Sequence record: NC_054915.1
Strand: one strand, 5' to 3'
Length of the DNA: 64,000 nucleotides
Source of the DNA: Escherichia phage vB_EcoM_G8
Shown: positions 42,873 through 53,932 of the stretch, one piece after another
How positions within the stretch are numbered: position 1 is the stretch's first letter
Layout: the number at the start of each line of letters is the position of its first letter
The notes under the pieces: generated by a model
What the model was told of the DNA's origin: nothing
Databases searched by the model: none
What the model saw: the letters and a program-made list of their open reading frames with translations, nothing else
Position numbers and translations under genes: made by a program

Positions 42873-45137
42873 TCATAATTTACAGGATGAACAATCTTCA
42901 GCTTTTGGAGTTTCTATTTCATAATCATCAGTACCAGAACCATCGCGGGTATTATGATAATAGAAATTTTTTCCGCCAAAATACCAAAAATACAAAAGGT
43001 CATCAATCATTATTGACATTGGAACCTTTCCTTTTGGAAAAATCTGTGGGTCATAATATGTATTTGCTGAAGCTGATTGACATACCCATTTCAGCATAAT
43101 AGCTACCTGCGTAAGATAAGGTTTATTGCCTTTCTTAGCTAATTTCCACGTATAATCATATAGGTCTATGTTATGCTCAATATTGGGCACGACTTGATTA
43201 AAGGAGCCCTCTTTTGATTCTTTAACAGAGACTGGTCCACGTGGAGGCTCGATACCGTTTGTACTGTTAGAAACTTGGGAAGATGACTCACATGGCATAA
43301 GTGCTGATAATGTGCTATTACGGATGCCAAAGAGCTTAAGGTCTTCCCGCAGCGACGACCAGTCACAAACGTATTTTGGAGCTGCGATTTGGTCAATCTT
43401 TTTATTGTACCAGTCGATAGGTAATTCGCCTCGAGACCAACGAGTGTCTGAATAATATTCGCAAGGTCCTTTTTCTTTGGCGAGCTTAATGGATGCTTTA
43501 ATGAGTCCATACTGTAATCTCTCAAATAGTTCATGTGTTAAATCGTTAGCATCTTCATAAGAAGCAAAGTTACTTGCCAGCCAAGCCGCATAGTTGGTAA
43601 CACCTACACCGAGGTTACGACGCTTTTTAGCTTTTTCTGCTTCAGGAACTGGATATCCTTGATAATCCAAAAGATTATCAAGAGCGCGAACTTGAACTTC
43701 TGCCAATTCATTAATTTTATCTTGGTCTTGCCAATCGAAGTTATCCAACACAAATGCAGATAACGTGCACAAGCCAATTTCCGCATCAGGACTATTCACA
43801 TCATTTGTTGGAATAGCAATTTCACAGCACAAGTTACTCTGACGAATGGGTGCCTTTTCACGAATAAACGGAGTATAGTTATTCGTATTATCAATGAACT
43901 GTACATAAATCCTTGCTGTTCCTGAACGTTCAGTCATGAGCAATTCAAATAGTTCACGGGCTTTAATACGCTTTTTACGAATATTAGGGTCTTTTTCTGC
44001 TGCTTCATATAATTCACGGAAACGGTCTTGGTCTTTAAAATAAGAATAATAAAGCTCGCCACCCATTTCATGCGGACTGAACAAAGTAATGTAATCGTTC
44101 TTTCCGAATCGTTCCATCATTAGATCATTCAGTTGAACACCATAATCCATATGACGAATGCGGTTTTCTTCTACACCTTTGTTATTTTTCAAAACAAGAA
44201 GATTTTCAACTTCCAAATGCCAAATAGGATAATAAGCAGTAGCAGCGCCGCCACGAATTCCACCTTGTGAGCATGATTTAACAGCAGTCTGAAAATGTTT
44301 CCAAAAAGGAATAACACCAGTATGGCGTACTTCACCCATGCCAATCTTAGAACCTTCGGCACGAATCATACCAACGTTAATACCAATTCCAGCACGTTTG
44401 GAGATATATTCAACAATTGAAGCGGAAGCCTTATTGATAGACTTTAATGAATCACCTGCCTCAATAACAACACATGAACTAAACTGTCGAGTCGGAGTAC
44501 GACAACCAGCCATAATAGGAGTTGGTAATGAAATCTGTCGAGTAGATACTGCTTCATAAAAACGGATAACGTGTTTTAATCTATCAACAGGTTCATCTTG
44601 ATGCAGTGCCATTCCAATAGTCATAAATGCAAACTGTGGAGTTTCATAAATTTGACCAGTGGTTTTATCTTTAACTAAATATTTTTCTTTTAATTGCATC
44701 GCCCCGGAATAAGTAAATTCCATATCCCGCTCGTGCTTAATTTTTGATTCTAAAAATGTAATTTCTTCTGCTGAATATTTTGACAATAATTCAGGGTCAT
44801 ATTTACCTGCATTTACACAATAAGAAATATGGTCAATAAATGAACGTGGTTCATACTGCCCATAAACATGCTTACGAAGAGCGAACATTAAACAACGTGC
44901 AGCTACATATTGGTAATCAGGCTCTTCAACCGAAATAGAATTCGCAGCGGCCTTAATGACAATAGTCTGAATATCATCAGTTGTCATTCCATCACGGAGA
45001 TAAGATTTAATATTTTCATATAATTCATAAGGATCTACTGATGTTCCTTCAGCTGCCCAAGATAAAACTTTAATAATTTTTTGTGGGTCAAAGCTCTGAG
45101 AAACACCACTACTTTTGATAACATTAATTAATTGCAT
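42873..45137 (-). CDS. nrdA: ribonucleotide reductase large subunit NrdA
   Basis: 754 aa; N-terminal ATP-cone, catalytic Cys motifs, C-terminal CSSCKL. Confidence 0.93.
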   Translation of the reverse strand: MQLINVIKSSGVSQSFDPQKIIKVLSWAAEGTSVDPYELYENIKSYLRDGMTTDDIQTIVIKAAANSISVEEPDYQYVAARCLMFALRKHVYGQYEPRSFIDHISYCVNAGKYDPELLSKYSAEEITFLESKIKHERDMEFTYSGAMQLKEKYLVKDKTTGQIYETPQFAFMTIGMALHQDEPVDRLKHVIRFYEAVSTRQISLPTPIMAGCRTPTRQFSSCVVIEAGDSLKSINKASASIVEYISKRAGIGINVGMIRAEGSKIGMGEVRHTGVIPFWKHFQTAVKSCSQGGIRGGAATAYYPIWHLEVENLLVLKNNKGVEENRIRHMDYGVQLNDLMMERFGKNDYITLFSPHEMGGELYYSYFKDQDRFRELYEAAEKDPNIRKKRIKARELFELLMTERSGTARIYVQFIDNTNNYTPFIREKAPIRQSNLCCEIAIPTNDVNSPDAEIGLCTLSAFVLDNFDWQDQDKINELAEVQVRALDNLLDYQGYPVPEAEKAKKRRNLGVGVTNYAAWLASNFASYEDANDLTHELFERLQYGLIKASIKLAKEKGPCEYYSDTRWSRGELPIDWYNKKIDQIAAPKYVCDWSSLREDLKLFGIRNSTLSALMPCESSSQVSNSTNGIEPPRGPVSVKESKEGSFNQVVPNIEHNIDLYDYTWKLAKKGNKPYLTQVAIMLKWVCQSASANTYYDPQIFPKGKVPMSIMIDDLLYFWYFGGKNFYYHNTRDGSGTDDYEIETPKAEDCSSCKL

Positions 45138-45454
45138 AAGTCCTCAACTTGAAAATCGTCTTTAAACAATCGGTTAACTATATGAGCTATTATATCACCA
45201 TGACACGGCTTTGGTTTACATGTGCATCCTAGCCTCATTCCACGTAAAGGCTCTAAATGTGCTTTAGTTATTTCTCCAGATTTAATTCGACGTATAAAAT
45301 CTTTTTTGAATAATTCAATGGCAGCCTCCCGGCTGCCAGCATCTTTACCGACGTAATTTCCCCAAAATGTACCGCGATGAATATTAACATCAAAGTCGGA
45401 TTTGTATTTATTCACTACCCGGCATAGACGGCCCACGCTGGAATAATTCGTCAT
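45128..45454 (-). CDS. hypothetical Cys/His-motif protein
   Basis: 108 aa; motif [17 protein letters not shown]; stop overlaps nrdA start. Confidence 0.6.
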   Translation of the reverse strand: MTNYSSVGRLCRVVNKYKSDFDVNIHRGTFWGNYVGKDAGSREAAIELFKKDFIRRIKSGEITKAHLEPLRGMRLGCTCKPKPCHGDIIAHIVNRLFKDDFQVEDLCN

Positions 45455-45671
45455 ATTGTTTTTCCGTTAAAACAGTAATATCATAGTAACAATCAGAAGA
45501 AGTTTTAACTGTAGAAATTTTATTATCAAAATACTCACGAGTCATTTTATGAGTATAATATTTTTTGCCATAAATGATAATAGGCTGTTCTGGTCCTGGA
45601 ACTTCTAACTCGCTTGGATTAGGAAGTGTAAAAAGAACAACACCAGAAGTATCTTTAAATCGTAAAATCAT
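45408..45671 (-). CDS. hypothetical protein
   Basis: 87 aa, start overlaps td stop. Confidence 0.55.
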   Translation of the reverse strand: MILRFKDTSGVVLFTLPNPSELEVPGPEQPIIIYGKKYYTHKMTREYFDNKISTVKTSSDCYYDITVLTEKQYDELFQRGPSMPGSE

Positions 45672-45979
45672 ATTGCCATTTTCCCTTTAATTGCTGGATG
45701 CGATTCATAATTTTCAAGGATAAAATCTTTCGGTTTCATGTATTCAGTTAACCAGTAAAGCTGTGTTTCGGTGTCACAATTTCCAAACTCTATAGGCCAA
45801 TCAATTTTAAGTTCACACAGTTCTTTAGGCTCACGACGTAAAATTTCTTTACATTGCTCAGTATGATTCATATAGATATGAGTATTACCACCGGAAAATA
45901 TCAAATCTCCCGGAATAAGATTACACATCTTAGCCACAATATGCGTCAAGGCAGCGTACGAGGCAATGTTGAATGGTAG
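45668..45979 (-). CDS. td: thymidylate synthase, exon 2
   Basis: [39 protein letters not shown]… (ThyA C-terminal); exon1+exon2 = 286 aa. Confidence 0.9.
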   Translation of the reverse strand, partial: LPFNIASYAALTHIVAKMCNLIPGDLIFSGGNTHIYMNHTEQCKEILRREPKELCELKIDWPIEFGNCDTETQLYWLTEYMKPKDFILENYESHPAIKGKMAI

Positions 45980-46995
45980 CATTATGTTCAGATAAGGTCG
46001 TTAATCTTACCCCGGAATTATATCCAGCTGCATGTCACCATGCAGATCAGACTATATCTCCAACTTGTTAAAGCAAGTTGTCTATCGTTTCGAGTCACTT
46101 GACCCTACTCCCCAAAGGGATAGTCGTTAGGCATTTATGTGGAACCAATTCCATTTATCAGATTTTACACGATAAGTAACTAATCCAGACGAAATTTTAA
46201 AATGTCTAGCTGCATCTGCTGCACAATCAAAAATAACCCCATCACATGAAATCTTTTTAATATTACTAGGCTTTTTACCTTTCATCTTTTCTGATATTTT
46301 AGATTTAGTTATGTCTGAATGCTTATGATTAAAGAATGAATTATTTTCACCTGAACGATTTCTGCATTTACTACAAGTATAAGCAGAAGTTTGTATGCGA
46401 ACACCGCACTTACAAAACTTATGGGTTTCTGGATTCCAACGCCCGTTTTTACTTCCGGGTTTACTGTAAAGAGCTTTCCGACCATCAGGTCCAAGTTTAA
46501 GCATCTTAGCTTTAACAGTTTCAGAACGTTTCTTAATAATTTCTTCTTTTAATGGATGCGTAGAACATGTATCACCAAACGTTGCATCAGCAATATTGTA
46601 TCCATTAATTTTAGAATTAAGCTCTTTAATCCAAAAATTTTCTCGTTCAATAATCAAATCTTTCTCATATGGAATTTCTTCCAAAATAGAACATTCAAAC
46701 ACATTACCATGTTTGTTAAAAGACCTCTGAAGTTTTATAGAAGAATGGCATCCTTTTTCTAAATCTTTAAAATGCCTCTTCCATCTCTTTTCAAAATCTT
46801 TAGCACTTCCTACATATACTTTATTGTTTAAAGTATTTTTAATCTGATAAATTCCGCTTTTCATAAATACCTCTTTAAATATAGAAGTATTTATTAAAGG
46901 GCAGTCCTACAATTTAGCACGGGATTGTCTACTAGAGAGGTTCCCCGTTTAGATAGATTACAAGTATAAGTCACCTTATACTCAGGCCTCAATTA
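45980..46995 (-). mobile_element. group I intron in td carrying I-TevI
   Basis: td reading frame interrupted between …VFLG and LPFNIASY…; 1016-nt intervening segment contains I-TevI ORF. Confidence 0.85.
46127..46864 (-). CDS. intron-encoded GIY-YIG homing endonuclease I-TevI
   Basis: 245 aa MKSGIYQIKNTLNNKVYVGSAKDFEKRWKRH…; lies inside td intron. Confidence 0.93.
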   Translation of the reverse strand: MKSGIYQIKNTLNNKVYVGSAKDFEKRWKRHFKDLEKGCHSSIKLQRSFNKHGNVFECSILEEIPYEKDLIIERENFWIKELNSKINGYNIADATFGDTCSTHPLKEEIIKKRSETVKAKMLKLGPDGRKALYSKPGSKNGRWNPETHKFCKCGVRIQTSAYTCSKCRNRSGENNSFFNHKHSDITKSKISEKMKGKKPSNIKKISCDGVIFDCAADAARHFKISSGLVTYRVKSDKWNWFHINA

Positions 46996-47544
46996 ACCCA
47001 AGAAAACATCTACTGATCGTTGATACCACTGCAAATCCAAATAACCATTACGCACATTAAACTGATAGAACATATGACAGGGCGGTAATGCCATTTGATT
47101 GATTTCAGCTGGATTCCATGCTGAAACGATTTGACGTCGATCAGTTGGTAATTTTTTAATACGATCAATAGTTTCAACTAATTGATCCACACCACCGAAA
47201 TCACGCCATTGTTTACCGTATATAGGACCAAGTTCACCACTATGATATCCTAGGTCTTTAGCCTGGTTTTCATAGTTATCGTCCCAAATAGTTTTACCTT
47301 GAATAAGACTACCATGAGTGCGAAGACGTAAATCATTAACATTGGTAGAACCGGAAATAAACCATAAAAGCTCAGCAACGCATGCATTCCAGGCGAGCTT
47401 CTTAGTTGTTACTGCAGGAAAACCTTTGGTTAAATCCCAACGCAATTTAGTACCGAACAGAGCAATTGTTCCTGTGCCCGTTCGGTCATCGGTTTCATAG
47501 CCATTTTCAAAAATGTCTTTAATTAAATCTTGGTATTGTTTCAT
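46996..47544 (-). CDS. td: thymidylate synthase, exon 1
   Basis: MKQYQDLIKDIFENGYETDDRTGTGT…QWYQRSVDVFLG; in-frame stop follows inside intron. Confidence 0.9.
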
Positions 47545-47589
47545 TTAGTACCTTATATAAATTATAATACATTTTATGAAGCTAAATAA

Positions 47590-47937
47590 TCAATACGGTT
47601 TAGCATCAAATTTTCTCTCAATTTCAGGCGTGAAATATAATTCTTTACCGCGTTTGGAAAAGCGACCAATAATATGATAATTATTCTCATCAAACGTGAT
47701 ATTACCAATATCCATAGCTTTCAACCAAATATCGATATTTCTATCCAGCTTTATGTCAAAATTCCAATACGGAGAACTATTACCGAAAATACTGCAAGCG
47801 GATTCAGTGAAACAACTGCTATAAATCTTGTCTTTAGGAACTACTAATTGATAGACACCTTTAATAAACTGAGGACCCTGCCACTTTGGCTGTTTCGCGT
47901 CTTTTTCTAATAAAATAGGGTAATAATTAAAATTCAT
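47590..47937 (-). CDS. hypothetical protein in frd-td insertion cassette
   Basis: ATG 47937 gives 115 aa MNFNYYPILLEKDAKQPKWQGPQFIKG…; no recognisable motif. Confidence 0.6.
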   Translation of the reverse strand: MNFNYYPILLEKDAKQPKWQGPQFIKGVYQLVVPKDKIYSSCFTESACSIFGNSSPYWNFDIKLDRNIDIWLKAMDIGNITFDENNYHIIGRFSKRGKELYFTPEIERKFDAKPY

Positions 47938-47957
47938 ATTTTCCGCCACGCGTTATT

Positions 47958-48778
<821 letters not shown>

Positions 48779-48787
48779 TATATTTCC

Positions 48788-49030
48788 TCAAACAGACTTT
48801 TTCACAATTTTCCAATCAGCTTTAAACTGTTCAACGTCAGAATGGTAAATCCAGAATCCTGCGCTTTCTCCATCCTCATAAAGAGGGCATCCATCACATT
48901 CATCTTCCCATCCCATATCACGCAAAAGACGTTCAGCTTTTTCAACAAGTTCAGAATCTTTACCAATAATATTAAAATACCATTTACCTCTAACTTCTGA
49001 ATCTTTGATACTCTGGCGTTGTAATCTCAT
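48788..49030 (-). CDS. hypothetical protein
   Basis: ATG 49030 after AAGGAGAATAAA gives 80 aa MRLQRQSIKDSEV…; track N-terminal extension covers a promoter/stem-loop. Confidence 0.55.
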   Translation of the reverse strand: MRLQRQSIKDSEVRGKWYFNIIGKDSELVEKAERLLRDMGWEDECDGCPLYEDGESAGFWIYHSDVEQFKADWKIVKKSV

Positions 49031-49055
49031 TTTATTCTCCTTAGTTGATAAGGCT

Positions 49056-49085
49056 ATAGTATCACTACCATAGCCTGTTGTAAAC
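49056..49085 (-). promoter_or_regulatory. early promoter with embedded palindromic stem-loop
   Basis: Minus strand GTTTAC-N18-TACTAT; palindrome GGCTATGGTAGTGATACTATAGCC (49052-49075) spans spacer and -10. Confidence 0.55.
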
Positions 49086-49087
49086 AA

Positions 49088-49348
49088 TTATTTTTGAATT
49101 TTATCGAGCCACTTACCAAGCTTAATCATTTCTTTAGTAGCCTTTTCCATACTTCTGAACTTAACCAATAGAGGATAGGTATCGACACCCATAACTAAAC
49201 TGGTTACAAGACTGTGTTCACCCACAAGCCATAACGAATACGTTTGAATATCGAGCCCGTAATTTCTGTCTTTATGGACCCGTACACCCATCACTTCAAA
49301 TTTCTCACTAGCTTTTTCTACCGCATCCAGGAAATCATCTTTAGTCAT
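49088..49348 (-). CDS. hypothetical protein
   Basis: ATG 49348 (after TAAGG) gives 86 aa MTKDDFLDAVEK…; track start 49390 lacks SD. Confidence 0.5.
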   Translation of the reverse strand: MTKDDFLDAVEKASEKFEVMGVRVHKDRNYGLDIQTYSLWLVGEHSLVTSLVMGVDTYPLLVKFRSMEKATKEMIKLGKWLDKIQK

Positions 49349-49349
49349 A

Positions 49350-49730
49350 TTAGGCCTTAAAAGTTTTTCGCAAAAGTTCAATGATTTCATCTACATTATT
49401 TTCGTCAACAATGCAGTGAATTTTTGTTACGCCATAAACCTTGTCTTTGACTTCATCTTCTTCAGAAGTCGGTTCTTTATACTCACGAAAACAATGAAAT
49501 TCGTCTTCGCAAATTTCTAAAAGTCTATCTTTGAGGTAAAAATGCTTTCCATTTGCACATTCAATGTGTTTTACTGCTTTATATCCATTAGCGACGGAAA
49601 CTTCTTTAACTTCAAACCATCCTCCATTCTCTCGAATGGCTTTAACTATTGATGAATTAGAACGTGGGCTATAATTAATAAATGTATCAATAAGTCTTGG
49701 AACAAGTTCATACTTTTTACCGGTATACAT
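49350..49730 (-). CDS. hypothetical protein
   Basis: 126 aa, SD GAGGAAA, preceded by stem-loop. Confidence 0.6.
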   Translation of the reverse strand: MYTGKKYELVPRLIDTFINYSPRSNSSIVKAIRENGGWFEVKEVSVANGYKAVKHIECANGKHFYLKDRLLEICEDEFHCFREYKEPTSEEDEVKDKVYGVTKIHCIVDENNVDEIIELLRKTFKA

Positions 49731-49774
49731 TACGGTTTCCTCATTTTAATAGGGGCTTGATAGCCCCTTGATAA

Positions 49775-50002
49775 TTATTGTTCAATCAATCCCATGTAAA
49801 ATTCTGCGTCTTCAGAATCCATGCCATCACAATATTCATTAGCCATAAAGCGGGTGAGGTCTTCAAGAGGACCTTCAATAACAATTTGAATACTCCAAAA
49901 CTTAGAATCTTGCACGCTTGTGATACTAAGTTCAGGATAACGATTACGAATAATCTCTTCAATATATTCAAAATCAACGATGTCAATATCAACTTTAGCC
50001 AT
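49775..50002 (-). CDS. hypothetical acidic protein
   Basis: ATG 50002 after AAAGAGGAAAATAAT gives 75 aa [16 protein letters not shown]…. Confidence 0.55.
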   Translation of the reverse strand: MAKVDIDIVDFEYIEEIIRNRYPELSITSVQDSKFWSIQIVIEGPLEDLTRFMANEYCDGMDSEDAEFYMGLIEQ

Positions 50003-50045
50003 ATTATTTTCCTCTTTAATTATTAGCAGTATTGCCGATAGTTGT

Positions 50046-50075
50046 ATAGTACCATGGAAGGACAAGAATGTAAAC
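50046..50075 (-). promoter_or_regulatory. early promoter (GTTTAC-N18-TACTAT) just after gene 32 terminator
   Basis: Minus strand GTTTACATTCTTGTCCTTCCATGGTACTAT. Confidence 0.5.
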
Positions 50076-50094
50076 CGTTTTGTGAAAAAATTTT

Positions 50095-50125
50095 TGAAAT
50101 AAAAAAGGGGACCTCTAGGGTCCCC
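50095..50125 (-). terminator. intrinsic terminator after gene 32
   Basis: Minus strand GGGGACC-CTAGAG-GTCCCC then TTTTTTATTTCA. Confidence 0.7.
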
Positions 50126-50147
50126 AATTAATTAGTAATATAATCTA

Positions 50148-51053
50148 TTAAAGGTCATTCAAAAGGTCATCTAGGTCCGTGTCATCAGCACTAGATGAAC
50201 TGCCAGAGCTTGAGCTCATAAAATCATCTTCAGTTTTTGTATTGAAGTCATCAACATTGAATGCATCCAAATCATCAGCAACTTTATCAGCTTTCTTAGC
50301 AGCAGTCGCTGCGGCACCACCCATAGCAGCAGTTCCCATAACTTGACTGAACTTAGTGCTCAGTTCTTCAAACGATTTGAATTTATCTTTAGAAGTCATT
50401 TCAGAAAGGTCAACCATTTGTTCGAACAGTTCTTTCTGGAAAGATTCATCATCAATGTTTGGAATCGCAGATTGATTCAGGAATTTAGATTCGTCGTAGT
50501 TACTAAAACCAGAAACTTGTTTAACTTTCAGTACAAAGTTAGCACCTTCCCACGGACAAGTTACATCAACTGGAGTTTCACCCATTTCAACATCAACCGC
50601 AATCATTGCATTGATTTTATCCCAGATTTTCTTACCGAAGCGGTATTTAAATACTTTACCTTCGTTTTCTGGAGCAGCTGGGTCTTTTACTACAAGAATA
50701 TTAGCCCAGTAAGAAGTTTTACGTTTAACAAGACTGTACTCTTTATTGTCAGTGTTGTACAGATCATTTTTACTGATGTACTGACATACTGGGCAAGAAT
50801 CGTAATCACCATGGGTAGATGAACATGTTTCAATATACCATTTACCATTTTTCTTGAAACCGTGATTTACAAGAATTGCGAATGGTGCTTGTTCATCATT
50901 TTTAGACGGAAGAAAACGAATTACTGCTTGACCGTTACCCGCATTATCGAGTTTCAGTTTCCACTCGCCTTTATCTTCAGAAGAAAAACCTTTATTGCCA
51001 TTCAGTTTAGCCATTTGTGCAGCAAGTTCAGCAGTAGATTTACGTTTAAACAT
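50148..51053 (-). CDS. 32: single-stranded DNA-binding protein gp32
   Basis: 301 aa [36 protein letters not shown]…; acidic C-terminal tail; operator and terminator flank it. Confidence 0.95.
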
Positions 51054-51107
51054 TTTATTTCCTTTTTAATTTAATTTAATTAACAGTTGGTGCTATGACA
51101 CTTTACC
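51054..51107 (-). promoter_or_regulatory. gene 32 translational operator (pseudoknot-like element plus AU-rich leader)
   Basis: Minus strand GCTATGAGGTAAAGTGTCATAGCACC then TTAATTAAATTAAATTAAAAAGGAAATAAAATG; overlaps segG stop. Confidence 0.65.
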
Positions 51108-51740
51108 TCATAGCTGGCATAATTCGCAATACTCTGGGTCTTCGAGAGGTATCCAACCTGAGTTGAAATACTTTACCATCGATTTAGCAGTTGTATCAGT
51201 TATATTTATATTACCTTTAACTCTTCGCCATCCAGGAGTTTTACCGTACAGATTAGAGGATAATAATAACACATAATTCTCGTAAGCAATATGAGATAAT
51301 TTCCAAGACTCTATATTAGCTCGTGATGTTTTCCAAGGTCTAAAATCGTCACGGTTCATATAATTAGCCAATCTCATATGCTCTCTAACTTCCGGGTCTT
51401 TGGCTGGATGAGTTTCACCACTCACACCAAATCCACCACCAGCATATACCAGATTAAAATAGTCTGGATTATCTCTGGCATTTACTTCAAGTTGGTATTT
51501 TCGTTCTGCTTCAATAACATCCAAGTCATCATCAATTTGAATTATTTTAACGCTCGGTTTTTGAAGCATTAGCGCATTCAAAAATCTTTTTTGTTTACAT
51601 GAGCTCCAGTATTCCTTTCCGGAAGAGTCATATATTATTCCGTTCTCAAATGAGCAATTTAATTTACTACCGATATAGTAGTATGGCGGAGTCTTATTTT
51701 TGACACGGTCTTCAAATGTAAACCAATATACTATATTCAT
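51108..51740 (-). CDS. segG: GIY-YIG homing endonuclease SegG-like
   Basis: 210 aa; N-terminal MNIVYWFTFEDRVKNKTPPYYYIGSK is GIY-x10-YIG-like; sits between 32 and 59. Confidence 0.75.
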   Translation of the reverse strand: MNIVYWFTFEDRVKNKTPPYYYIGSKLNCSFENGIIYDSSGKEYWSSCKQKRFLNALMLQKPSVKIIQIDDDLDVIEAERKYQLEVNARDNPDYFNLVYAGGGFGVSGETHPAKDPEVREHMRLANYMNRDDFRPWKTSRANIESWKLSHIAYENYVLLLSSNLYGKTPGWRRVKGNINITDTTAKSMVKYFNSGWIPLEDPEYCELCQL

Positions 51741-51741
51741 A

Positions 51742-52395
51742 TCAATACTTACAAGATTTCACAGTTTCAATGAAAACACTTTTAGCTTTCTGTGAATCAA
51801 TATTTAAAATTTTTCTATAAGCCTTTAACTTTATAGAATAATTATTCCAGACTAAATTATCAGTCTGTTCATCATGTTTATCAATTATATTTAAAAACGA
51901 ATCAAGCAAGATAAACGTCTCAAACGAAATTATGTTCGATTGCAGAAGTTTAAAAATATAACTTGATTGAACTTTTGGATTATACTCAAAGATTTCTTTA
52001 AAAGCAGAAACTTCAACTTTTTTACTAAAATAGTAAATATTGCGAATATCTTCTTCAAACTTAAATTTAATTTGCTTTAAGCGTCCGATATATTCACGAT
52101 AAAACACAAGTGCATCAGCGTCAGAGATGTCACCAATCCAAGCATCTTGGTTAGCAACCAAATTACTTATAAAAATTAAAGCAAGTTCCTTTAATTTATA
52201 TTTTTCTGATAACTTCTGGAAAAAATACTTATCCCTTCGCTTTTGATAAGCGGCATCAGACACCCGCATGCACCAATTATACTTAATTACATCATACTTT
52301 CCATTCATATGTTGTTTTATCATTAAGTATAATTTATAAACTGATTTACCATCAATGTATCTTTCACCACCAGCAGGCATGCGGAGTTTAATCAT
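51742..52395 (-). CDS. 59: helicase loader gp59
   Basis: 217 aa. Confidence 0.9.
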   Translation of the reverse strand: MIKLRMPAGGERYIDGKSVYKLYLMIKQHMNGKYDVIKYNWCMRVSDAAYQKRRDKYFFQKLSEKYKLKELALIFISNLVANQDAWIGDISDADALVFYREYIGRLKQIKFKFEEDIRNIYYFSKKVEVSAFKEIFEYNPKVQSSYIFKLLQSNIISFETFILLDSFLNIIDKHDEQTDNLVWNNYSIKLKAYRKILNIDSQKAKSVFIETVKSCKY

Positions 52396-52730
52396 AGTAG
52401 AAAATCTAATGTATTAGTTTTTTCACAACGAACAACAGAAGGACGTAAAAGATTTTCGTCAATAGCTTCTGACTGAATTTTTTCAATTATACCCGAAGGA
52501 ATAAATTTAGCAAATTGAGTTTCAGGAATAGAATTTTCTTCTAAGAATGCTGTTGTAGCTTCAAGATAACTCATTCCAAACTTTTCTACCATTTTTTCAA
52601 TAATAAATCCGTTTTCTTGACGATCAAGAAGCTTTGCTATTTCATCCTTTTCTTTCTTGATTGAAAGTTCTTTTTCTGAAAGACCGGTCTCATCGACCGG
52701 ACGAATATCATTTAGAGAAAACTGTGTCAT
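52392..52730 (-). CDS. 33: late transcription co-activator gp33
   Basis: ATG 52730 gives 112 aa MTQFSLNDIRPVDETG… (track starts at TTG 52739). Confidence 0.85.
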   Translation of the reverse strand: MTQFSLNDIRPVDETGLSEKELSIKKEKDEIAKLLDRQENGFIIEKMVEKFGMSYLEATTAFLEENSIPETQFAKFIPSGIIEKIQSEAIDENLLRPSVVRCEKTNTLDFLL

Positions 52731-52977
52731 AAAGTTCAACTACCTCTTCAGTTTCAGCTTCAAACACATCACGATTATCTTTATGATACAAAGCTAATAG
52801 ACGATTAAACATCTTACCATCAACGCCAAGTTCATCTTTGGCACGAATTCGAATGTCTTTAATCAATTCATTATAACCGGAAATTTTCAGTTTATGATCA
52901 GATGCTTCTTTAATAAATTTAGCCAAGTCTTCGCCATGGATAGCTTCATCAAATTCAACCATTTCTTTTTTAGCCAT
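52708..52977 (-). CDS. dsbA: dsDNA-binding protein DsbA
   Basis: 89 aa. Confidence 0.8.
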   Translation of the reverse strand: MAKKEMVEFDEAIHGEDLAKFIKEASDHKLKISGYNELIKDIRIRAKDELGVDGKMFNRLLALYHKDNRDVFEAETEEVVELYDTVFSK

Positions 52978-52985
52978 TATTCACC

Positions 52986-53903
52986 TCAAAATTCATTAAT
53001 GCTATTAGTTAATTTAGAAAGACCCGCTTTTACAAAATATGAATAAATTTTGCCACGCGGTGGTAATTTATATGAATTATAGTAATTCACAATGTTTGAA
53101 GCAATATTATCAGGAATATAATCAAAATCAATTAGAACTAAATTTTCTTTATAACGATTATATTCAGATTCTGTGAGAAGCACCTTAGCTTGCTCACGGT
53201 CATTAGCAATAGCTTCAACGATTGAAGTTTTCATTGAAGGAGTTCGTTCACCTTCAACTTTGGTAAACCAAAAGTCAGATCGTACTTTAACTGAAGCAAC
53301 GTTATCCTTTTTGTCGCCTTTAAGGATTTTAGTCATACAGTCAATTTCAGCAGAACCGCTTTTAATTTTAACCCATTTCTTGTGCATCGGTGACCATTGC
53401 TTAACATTTGGATATTTGTGAAGCTGTGTAAAGTCACCATCCGATGAAATGATTAAAATCTTGTGTCCTTCTAAAGAGAACTTTTTAACAAGAACAGCAA
53501 TGTGGTCATCTGCTTCATACTTATCAATATCCATAACAATGTATGGCATATAAGCTTTCAATTCATCTATAACTTTATGGCTGGATTCAAAATAACCTTC
53601 CCAGTCCCAAGTAGATTCTTCTCGTGCTTTTCCACGGTTTTTCTTGTAATAGTAAGCAAAATCACGACGCCAATATCCAGATTTCGCGTTATCAATACAC
53701 AGTACAATTTTAGTGTATCCAAGCGTTTTTGCTTTTTTGACATTAAACTTAATTGAGTTCAATATCAAATGACGAACCATTGATAAATTAATTTTTTCTT
53801 TATCTGGAAAGTTTACCAAAGCAGTTGAAAGCGCAATTTGACTAAAGTCAATTAAGCAGATTCCTTCTTTGTAATCTTCATCCAACATCATTTCTAAATC
53901 CAT
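52986..53903 (-). CDS. rnh: RNase H / FEN-type 5'-3' exonuclease
   Basis: ATG 53903 gives 305 aa MDLEMMLDEDYKEGICLIDFSQIA…; early promoter upstream. Confidence 0.88.
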   Translation of the reverse strand: MDLEMMLDEDYKEGICLIDFSQIALSTALVNFPDKEKINLSMVRHLILNSIKFNVKKAKTLGYTKIVLCIDNAKSGYWRRDFAYYYKKNRGKAREESTWDWEGYFESSHKVIDELKAYMPYIVMDIDKYEADDHIAVLVKKFSLEGHKILIISSDGDFTQLHKYPNVKQWSPMHKKWVKIKSGSAEIDCMTKILKGDKKDNVASVKVRSDFWFTKVEGERTPSMKTSIVEAIANDREQAKVLLTESEYNRYKENLVLIDFDYIPDNIASNIVNYYNSYKLPPRGKIYSYFVKAGLSKLTNSINEF

Positions 53904-53932
53904 ATGAACCTCGTTCAATTAGTGAGATTTCT

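Noticed and set aside
50343-50822. 159-aa plus-strand ORF
   Set aside because: Antisense within gene 32; rejected as shadow ORF.
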